A DNA stretch of 19,473 nucleotides from a bacterium (GTDB lineage Bacteria; Patescibacteriota; Minisyncoccia; Minisyncoccales; MHMH01). The translations under genes and the position numbers were made by a program. Under the pieces are notes generated by a model. It was not told where the DNA came from, ran no database searches, and was given only the letters and a program-made list of their open reading frames with translations. How positions within the stretch are numbered: the stretch's first letter is position 1; each line of letters begins with the position of its first letter. Where the stretch lies: positions 1-19,473 of the forward strand of contig JAUSHA010000029.1 in assembly GCA_030648815.1 (NCBI GenBank), read 5' to 3'. Positions 1-6,521 of the stretch are shown here, piece by piece.

Positions 1-1283
1 ATCTTTAATATCTATTTCTTCGAGAGTGACGCCTAAAGCTTCGCACAGTTTAATCGCATTATTTTTGGTGCGATCAGATGTGCCAAATCCGGGCATAGTC
101 AGGGCAATGATGTTTTTTCTGTCCCAGCCCAGCAGATCAAAAGTTTTTACCGCAGTAAGCAAAGCCAAGGCTGAGTCTAGACCGCCGGAAATGCCGATAA
201 GAAGTTTGCCGGCTGATCCGGTTTCCAATCTCTTGGCCAAGGCCGCCGTCTGGTCTGAAAAAATTTCTTGACATACATTATCTCTCTGCGATGGATCCAA
301 AGGTATAAAAGGATGCGCCGGCACCGCTCTTTTAAGCGGACTGCCAGTCGGTTCCGGCAAATCAAACTCCACCATCCTGAATTTTTTATTTCCCAACTCT
401 TGAGTATTATCGCCAAAACTTGTTATCTGTCTGCGGTCAAAAAGCAGTCTTTCAAAATCAATATCTTGAAAAACGAGCTGGCTTGATCTTGAAAACCTTT
501 CCGATTCGGCCAAGATTGCGCCGTTTTCGGCAATAATGCCGTGGCCGTCAAAAATTACATCAGTGGTTGATTCTCCGACGCCGCACGAACAGTAGGCATA
601 TGCTGATATGCACTTAGCTGATTGGCTCGAAACTAAGCTCCTCCGGTAATCCGCCTTGCCGATAATTGAATTGCTGGCCGAAAGATTCAAATGCAATGTC
701 GCGCCGGCCAAGGACTGATAAGCGCTTGGCGGAATAGGCACCCAAAGATCTTCGCAAATTTCCACGCCAACAACCATTTGCGGAAAATTAGCCGCCTTGA
801 AAAGAATATCCGTTCCAATCGGCACTGTCTTCCCAAAAAGTTTAATCCTTCTGGATCTAAGATTTTTTGCCGGAGAAAACCATCTTCTTTCATAAAATTC
901 TTTGTAAGTCGGTATGTAGCTCTTGGGCACAATCCCAAGAATCTTGCCTTGATGCATCATCACGCCGCAGTTGAACAACTGATTGTCGCAAATAATGGGC
1001 GCTCCGACAGCTATCAGTATTTCACAGTCTTTCGTTTCATTAAGAATTCTGCCCAACGCCTTTTGCGACGCTTCCAGTAAAACTTCCTGCTGAAAAAGAT
1101 CAGCTGCCGTATAGCTTGTCAGGCACAATTCCGGAAGCAACAAAACATCAACGTTGTTATTTTTAGCTTCCTCTATCAGCAAACAAATCTCTGTCGCGTT
1201 AAACTTAGGATCAGCCACCTTAACTTTCGGTATGGCTAAAGCCACTCTGGCGAAACTAAAATCTCGAGGCTTGTAACTTTTCA
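1..1283 (-). CDS. nadE: Glutamine-dependent NAD+ synthetase: N-terminal CN-hydrolase/nitrilase domain followed by the start of the PP-loop synthetase domain. Partial; the C-terminus lies beyond the window start.
   Basis: I translated the minus strand by hand from ATG at 1283 (MKSYKPRDFSFARVALAIPKV...). The frame stays open to position 1 for about 427 codons. The nitrilase-like N-terminal region contains the residues YIPTYKEFYERRWFSPA. The PP-loop ATP-pyrophosphatase motif GISGGLDSALAL lies near the window edge. The ORF is missing from the supplied track, presumably because it runs off the edge. Confidence 0.85.
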
Positions 1284-1330
1284 TGTTTCTCCTTTTTCTA
1301 TTATCAAAGTACGGTCGAAAAATTATAACA

Positions 1331-1360
1331 AAAAGCCCCGTTGTTGTCAACAGGGCTTTT
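1331..1360 (-). terminator. Rho-independent terminator downstream of the vWA/kinase operon
   Basis: Inverted repeat aaaagcccCGTTGTTGTCAACAGggcttttt (stem aaaagccc/gggctttt plus inner pairs). It sits immediately after the TAA at 1367-1369 and is followed on the minus strand by a T-rich run (TGTTATAATTTTTC). Confidence 0.6.
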
Positions 1361-1366
1361 ACATTT

Positions 1367-2230
1367 TTAAATCTTGGTTTGCTGGGTCTTCAGCAGGGTC
1401 GCTACCTCATTGGCCCGAGCTGCACCGCGAGTTGCGGCCAGACGAGCCAGATACTTATCAATATCGCCGAATTCCTTGGCGATGATGCCATGCACTACAT
1501 TGGTAAGCCGAAGGAAGTTGCTCCCCAATTCAATGAAATGATCATTCTCTTCCACCATTAATCTCTGCAGTCTTTTCATTGATACGTGTTCGCTGCAACC
1601 GATTACATAGAAAGCTTTGATTTTCTTTTTCAGGGCATCCAGCTCTATCTTCCAATCAACGCCATTCGGACACCCATTATCCCTCCCGGCATATCCTATT
1701 CCATGAGGAACGGAGTCAATCACGGCAAGCACAATTGTATTTGTATCTTGCAAATCCCATGTATTTATCTCCTTGATAGCGCACTCATATGCCTCGGGCT
1801 CGTCATCGCCGCCGGCATTCTCAATGCTATTCAGGTTATTTTTCAGGACTGCGGGATCGCCGGAAAAAGCTGTCGGCTGAAACCATAAACGCCCGTCGCA
1901 ATGATCGCTCACGCCCGTAAAGGAAAATTCTATCTTACCGGCTAATTCCGGAATAAGATCGACAATCTCTGCGCAGAGATATTCCGCCTTCTTTCTTAAA
2001 TTATCTATGTACTCCCTGGTACTTCCGCTTACATCCATTATCAGTAAGATATTCACTTTTCCCGTGGGTCGGGTAATCTTCACGACAACCGGACTCGCTT
2101 GAGCCGCTCTTCTTGTCGGTGGCGGGGTCGATCTTGCCGGTGGCGTGGACGGTGGCGCAGGCGTTGGTCGGAAAAATGACGATCCTCCGCCACTTGGTAC
2201 CCTCTTGTAGCTTTCGTCGCTGTAGCTCAT
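1367..2230 (-). CDS. von Willebrand factor A (vWA) domain protein with a proline-rich N-terminal linker, in the TerY-like position of the operon
   Basis: MIDAS DxSxS motif in ILLIMDVSGSTREYI, and the later acidic AGGDDEPEA and VIDSVPHG elements typical of vWA folds. The N-terminal tract PTPAPPSTPPARSTPPPTRRAAQASP is low-complexity and Pro-rich. RBS GGAGGG lies 6 nt upstream of ATG 2230. Confidence 0.75.
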   Translation of the reverse strand: MSYSDESYKRVPSGGGSSFFRPTPAPPSTPPARSTPPPTRRAAQASPVVVKITRPTGKVNILLIMDVSGSTREYIDNLRKKAEYLCAEIVDLIPELAGKIEFSFTGVSDHCDGRLWFQPTAFSGDPAVLKNNLNSIENAGGDDEPEAYECAIKEINTWDLQDTNTIVLAVIDSVPHGIGYAGRDNGCPNGVDWKIELDALKKKIKAFYVIGCSEHVSMKRLQRLMVEENDHFIELGSNFLRLTNVVHGIIAKEFGDIDKYLARLAATRGAARANEVATLLKTQQTKI

Positions 2231-2257
2231 TGGTCCCTCCTTTTTATTTTTTGCACC

Positions 2258-3079
2258 CTATGTTTGGTGCGGTTGCCAATCTTGATTTACATAATTGGTC
2301 CGGATCTTGAAAAAAATATCCTGCATCTCGCCGGCTGATTTATAACGTTCCAGCGGATTTAATTTCATCGCTTTCATTATAGCCGCCGATAACTGCGAAT
2401 GAATCGCAGAATCAATTTCATGCGGCGCTTTTAGATCTTTATCCGATTTCAATTTAATCGCTTCCAGCGGTAAAACATTAGTCAAGGCATAGTAAGCAGT
2501 GGCTCCCAAGCTATAAAAGTCGCTGGCTGGCGTACAACATTCTCCGCGATACTGCTCGGGCGAAGCGAAGTACTTAGTGTAAGAAATCTTACCTCCGCCT
2601 TCGTTTTCGGCCACAGTAACTTTATTTTTAGCTATTCCGAAGTCAACCAATACGGCTCGGTGCTCTCCCAAATTAAGAATGATATTTCCCGGCTTAATAT
2701 CACGATGGACGATGTCCATACGATGCAAATAAGCTAAGCCGGCCAATATCCGATCTAAAATCCAACAAATAGCATCTTCGCTGAACGGCTTTTTCAAATC
2801 AATAAAATCCTGCATTGACTTGCCTCTAATGTAATCCATCACCAGAAAATAATGCCCCTGATATATAAAGAAATCCTTAACTGCCGGGAAAGAAGAATGT
2901 CTGATATGCCGATAAAGTATTTTTGCTTCTTCCAGGAATTGCTTTTCCGCTTCCGGACCTTTTAGGATCAATTCTTTAATAACAACCTCTTCCTGCAAAA
3001 GGATATGCTTGCCTAAATATATCCTACCCATACCTCCTTCTTTAAATGGCTTATCAAACTCATATTGATATATTCTCAA
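2258..3079 (-). CDS. Hanks-type Ser/Thr protein kinase; soluble, with no TM or sensor domain
   Basis: Gly-loop EGGMGRIYLG, VVIKEL (catalytic Lys), HRDIKPGN catalytic loop, DFG, and SPE (APE-equivalent) all in canonical order. The start is TTG at 3079 with RBS GGGAGGTGA 9 nt upstream. It lies in the same frame as the upstream phosphatase gene and 6 nt after its TGA. Confidence 0.88.
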   Translation of the reverse strand: MRIYQYEFDKPFKEGGMGRIYLGKHILLQEEVVIKELILKGPEAEKQFLEEAKILYRHIRHSSFPAVKDFFIYQGHYFLVMDYIRGKSMQDFIDLKKPFSEDAICWILDRILAGLAYLHRMDIVHRDIKPGNIILNLGEHRAVLVDFGIAKNKVTVAENEGGGKISYTKYFASPEQYRGECCTPASDFYSLGATAYYALTNVLPLEAIKLKSDKDLKAPHEIDSAIHSQLSAAIMKAMKLNPLERYKSAGEMQDIFFKIRTNYVNQDWQPHQT

Positions 3080-3085
3080 AGTGCA

Positions 3086-3799
3086 TCACCTCCCTTCAAA
3101 TAATCGTTCGGCTAAAAAGACAGGCAGTCCAGCTTTCATTATTTTCTTAGCTGTCTTCTTAATATAGTAATCTATCCTAACCAGAGAAAATGTCAAACTG
3201 TCAGTATCCAGCAAGCCATAGCAAGCCGATGGATTCTTGTCTCTTGGTTGACCGACACTGCCGACATTTATGATATATCTCACGCTGTCTTTTAATTCTA
3301 CGCCGTCTTTAAACACGTCGCCATCGCTCGTAAAAATCGCAGGGTAATGCGAATGACCGACAAAACAAATCTTTTCCTGAAAACCGTTAAACTGACTTAA
3401 GGCTTCGATGGCGTTAAAAATATAATGGAATCTCCCTGGCTTAATGGGCGAGCCGTGAACCAACAGAATATCCGGCAATCTTACCGTAAAAGGCAGGCAA
3501 GCCAGATACTGCAGATTTTCCGATTTCAATAGAGCCTTCGTCCATAAAGCCGCTAGTTTGGCGGCCGGATTGAAATGCTCCAGCCATGAATCATCAACCA
3601 TCACATAATCGTGATTTCCGACGACAGTCTTAACGCCCATCTTTTTTATTCTTTCAACGCACTCATTCGGATTAGGGCCATAACCGACAATATCTCCCAG
3701 GCACAGAATTTCATCAACTCCATTTTTTTTAATGGATTTCAGAACACTCTTTAACGCTTCTAAATTTCCATGGATATCAGATATTACGGCGTAGCGCAT
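3086..3799 (-). CDS. Calcineurin-like metallophosphoesterase, probably a PPP-family Ser/Thr phosphoprotein phosphatase
   Basis: Signature motifs SDIHGN (GDxHG-like), LGDIVGYGP (GDxVDRG-like) and GNHD (GNHE-like) in order within the first 65 residues. 237 aa. RBS AGGAGGG precedes ATG 3799. The gene is adjacent to a kinase. Confidence 0.8.
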   Translation of the reverse strand: MRYAVISDIHGNLEALKSVLKSIKKNGVDEILCLGDIVGYGPNPNECVERIKKMGVKTVVGNHDYVMVDDSWLEHFNPAAKLAALWTKALLKSENLQYLACLPFTVRLPDILLVHGSPIKPGRFHYIFNAIEALSQFNGFQEKICFVGHSHYPAIFTSDGDVFKDGVELKDSVRYIINVGSVGQPRDKNPSACYGLLDTDSLTFSLVRIDYYIKKTAKKIMKAGLPVFLAERLFEGR

Positions 3800-3821
3800 C
3801 TTTTCCCTCCTAAAAGAATTT

Positions 3822-3857
3822 AAAGGGACGCAATGGATTTTCCAAATGCGTCCCTTT
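3822..3857 (-). promoter_or_regulatory. Perfect 11-bp stem-loop between the FHA and phosphatase genes; candidate intra-operon attenuator, processing site or partial terminator
   Basis: aaagggacgca-atggattttccaaa-tgcgtcccttt sits in the 62-nt spacer between the FHA stop (3862) and the phosphatase start (3799). On the minus strand it is followed by aaattctttt. Confidence 0.4.
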
Positions 3858-3861
3858 CTTC

Positions 3862-4401
3862 TTAGACTACTTCAAAAATCACGTATCCCTCGCTGCCGCC
3901 AAAACGGAAACGAGAACCAACCAGAATCTCTTCTTCTTGATCTTTTAGAAGTTCCTTCCAATCAGTATTCTGCGGCTTAATCATTGTCTTAGCTCCGCCG
4001 ATGGCTCTAAGATACAGACGGCCCATTCTCCGGATGATAATCGCTTGCTTCCGGGAAACAGTATAGCCGACATCCTGGCCAATTTTCACTTTCTCGGCAA
4101 ACTTGGTCAGATCCACATCGGGTATTATGCCCTGGTCAAGATCTGTCCGGCCGATCGTAAATCCGAAATCATCTTTAGGAAGCTCGAATTCCCGGTCAAT
4201 AACATTACCTCCGACCACTAAACCGCAAGCCCTGCCAATAATACCGACTGCGCTCGCTGGAGTATGAGCTGCAGAAGAAGAAGCAATAATTGGAACACTT
4301 GCTCCCACTGTTACTTCTAACGGTTCACTGCAGACTTCGCACAAAATAGCTCCCGGCTTGTTATCTAAGCCGCAGTTATTGCACTTTATTTCTCCGGCCA
4401 T
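3862..4401 (-). CDS. FHA-domain protein with an N-terminal Cys4 zinc ribbon
   Basis: N-terminal CNNCG...CEVC (CxxC-x13-CxxC). The C-terminal half reads GFTIGRTDLDQGIIPDVDL...VSRKQAIIIRRMGRLYLRAIGGAKTMI, consistent with the FHA core (G-R...D...SR.HA.I). The likely start is ATG at 4401 with RBS AAAGGAG 9 nt upstream, 1 nt after the upstream vWA stop. The track's longer start at 4425 has no RBS. Confidence 0.7.
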   Translation of the reverse strand: MAGEIKCNNCGLDNKPGAILCEVCSEPLEVTVGASVPIIASSSAAHTPASAVGIIGRACGLVVGGNVIDREFELPKDDFGFTIGRTDLDQGIIPDVDLTKFAEKVKIGQDVGYTVSRKQAIIIRRMGRLYLRAIGGAKTMIKPQNTDWKELLKDQEEEILVGSRFRFGGSEGYVIFEVV

Positions 4402-4402
4402 T

Positions 4403-5614
4403 TTACTTAGCTCCTTTCTTGCCAATTATGCCCTTGTTGGCTTCAGTCACCGTGACCGTCCTTAGGGTTCTTTTGGCATCCTCATCACTCTTGGCTAAGG
4501 TCTCCACTTTTTTGGCCATACCAGTATTCCCGGACGTCGTAAAAAGAGTTTGGGCCCTATTGTATTGCCCGGATAGGGTCGCTTTTGTCCCCTCGGTATT
4601 CAAAACCGTATTCCTTACTGTCTTATCAACCGGCGAGATCAGCTTTTCATCGGCTGTAAAGTTGACAACCACATTCATGGATTTGACTCCTGCGCCAGCA
4701 ACGCCCTGCCAGCTTAACGCAATAGTGGCTATTTTAAAATCGCCAACTGCTTTCCCGGCGTGAACTTTAGTCTTGATAAGATATGCCTGTCCGCGGACAT
4801 CAAGCCCGGGGAATTCGTCCTTAACAATCTTACCGGAAACCGGTAAAGCTAACTGCTGGGGAACATATTTAAACGCTTCCAAAATTTCAACGACCGGCTC
4901 TGCCGTAATACCAATTCTCACATCAAGATCTTGAACGCTTTTTAGATTTTCCATTTCATCTTCCAGGCGAAGCCTCATGGCACCAACTTGCTTAACGTGC
5001 TCAAAATATGAGCCGTGGCCGGCAACTTCTGCCATATTTTTAAGAAATTTCTCGTTGTAATCAATGCCCGTGCCGAAAACGGCAAATGGAATTCCGAGCC
5101 TATTAGCTTGGCGCGCTAACTCAAGGCAAGCTCTTTCTTCAGCAGCAGCTGACGGAGCATTAACGTTGCCGTCAGTGAAAATGATAATTTTGGGCAAAGA
5201 TCCGTCCATTGGTTTTACATCTTCCAGAGTGTATCTTAGGGGGTTCGAGAGATTAGTACTGCCGCCGGTGCGTACACCATCAATCAGTTTTTTTATTGCG
5301 TTAATATCTCCCACAATCGTCGGATCAAGTATTACCTTCATGGTGTCGTCAAAAACTACGATGCAAAGACGGTCCTTGCCCTGGCGCAAAAGACTCAAAG
5401 ACTCATTTACCGCGGCCTTCAGCGCCTGGATCCTTGTCAGCCCTCCGTCGGCCGGCTCATCCATGGAACCGGAACGGTCCAAAATCTTCCTAAGATCGAG
5501 CGCAAGATCAGCCGATTGCTTTTGGCTGTCTCGCAGCAAGCGAAGTAAAAAAATTACTTCGGCCTCATCCGTGATGGGTAAATACCGCTGACCCAATGTT
5601 AGTTCAACCTGCAT
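4403..5614 (-). CDS. vWA domain protein with a ~200-aa beta-rich C-terminal extension
   Basis: Complete MIDAS set: LDRSGSM (DxSxS), GGSTNL (Thr) and IIIFTDGNVN (Asp). The C-terminal ~200 aa (GITAEPVV...VTVTEANKGIIGKKGAK) has no motif I recognise. RBS GGAGGT lies 7 nt upstream of ATG 5614. Confidence 0.85.
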   Translation of the reverse strand: MQVELTLGQRYLPITDEAEVIFLLRLLRDSQKQSADLALDLRKILDRSGSMDEPADGGLTRIQALKAAVNESLSLLRQGKDRLCIVVFDDTMKVILDPTIVGDINAIKKLIDGVRTGGSTNLSNPLRYTLEDVKPMDGSLPKIIIFTDGNVNAPSAAAEERACLELARQANRLGIPFAVFGTGIDYNEKFLKNMAEVAGHGSYFEHVKQVGAMRLRLEDEMENLKSVQDLDVRIGITAEPVVEILEAFKYVPQQLALPVSGKIVKDEFPGLDVRGQAYLIKTKVHAGKAVGDFKIATIALSWQGVAGAGVKSMNVVVNFTADEKLISPVDKTVRNTVLNTEGTKATLSGQYNRAQTLFTTSGNTGMAKKVETLAKSDEDAKRTLRTVTVTEANKGIIGKKGAK

Positions 5615-5653
5615 TTGGCACCTCCTTCTTTAATTGTCAAAAATCTCCTTTGA

Positions 5654-6286
5654 CTAAAAGACATTAACACACCGTCGAAGCATGTCAAGAACCGGGCAAA
5701 AATCGGATTCTTCTTTCAGGGCAATTTTATCTTCATCTAACACAATAACGCATTCTGAAAAAAAATTATTCCGGTATTCCGGCGACAAATAAATCTTCCT
5801 GAAAAACTTTCTAACTTTTTGCTTAGCCTTAGTTTCGTTATCATACTTTTCCAGAATATCTTCCATAATCTTGACGCCTTCTTCAAACGCCCGCAATTCT
5901 ATATATGGGCACTGCCTTTTGGCTGAAAGCCGCATAAACGGGCAATCAAGCCATTTTGTCAAATCTTCGTTCTCAAAAAAAATAATGTGGCCGAGCTCAT
6001 GGGCAAACTCAAATTCCTGACGAAATAAATCTGCTCTATCTTCCCCGGTCACCAAAAGCGTTTCCAAAGGAACCGAAATAATTTTCCAAAGGCGAGGTAT
6101 TCTCAATCTGCCTATTTCGTCAATCGTTAAGGGATTGATTACTCCCCACCAGCGAATGTTCGAAGAGGAATTGTGGGGAACGAAAAAAACATTCATTTTC
6201 ACGGCAAGCTCAATTAAGTCGGCAAAAATAAAATCCTTGTCTCTTAATCTGTCACGAGCAAATCTGTTAAACTGGCGATCATTCAT
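5654..6286 (-). CDS. HExxH zinc metallopeptidase, ImmA/IrrE-like (COG2856/DUF955-type); first gene of the operon
   Basis: FEFAHELGHIIFF contains the zincin HExxH motif in an ImmA/IrrE-like context. 210 aa. RBS AAAGGAG upstream of ATG 6286. The gene ends 38 nt before the vWA gene start. Confidence 0.5.
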   Translation of the reverse strand: MNDRQFNRFARDRLRDKDFIFADLIELAVKMNVFFVPHNSSSNIRWWGVINPLTIDEIGRLRIPRLWKIISVPLETLLVTGEDRADLFRQEFEFAHELGHIIFFENEDLTKWLDCPFMRLSAKRQCPYIELRAFEEGVKIMEDILEKYDNETKAKQKVRKFFRKIYLSPEYRNNFFSECVIVLDEDKIALKEESDFCPVLDMLRRCVNVF

Positions 6287-6521
6287 TTGTCAAAGAACTC
6301 CTTTCATAGGATAGAAAACATTAGCATTTCCTCATAAAAAAATCAATGTCTCAAAAACAATAATATAAAATCCTTACTATTCACAATATAATTTTAATGT
6401 GATAGCCTAATTTAGGTCAACGAGTTCGTTTAAAATTTAACTCGCCGAGGAGGAAAAAGAGAATGACTTAAAAAAAACGAGATGCCGCATTGGTTCTAAA
6501 AAAACAAAGGAGGTAATGCTT

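Noticed and set aside
26-1080. Plus-strand ORFs 26..271, 268..486, 691..1080 and minus-strand ORF 687..938 from the track
   Set aside because: They lie antisense to, or in an alternative frame of, the continuous nadE reading frame, which carries clear CN-hydrolase and PP-loop motifs. The 687..938 ORF uses a TTG in a frame that disagrees with the conserved nadE translation.
4419-5591. Plus-strand ORFs 4419..4763 and 5064..5591 inside the second vWA gene
   Set aside because: They lie antisense to a gene with a complete MIDAS motif set, have no RBS, and their products are low-complexity Ser/Ala/Leu-rich, typical of antisense translation of moderately GC-rich coding DNA.
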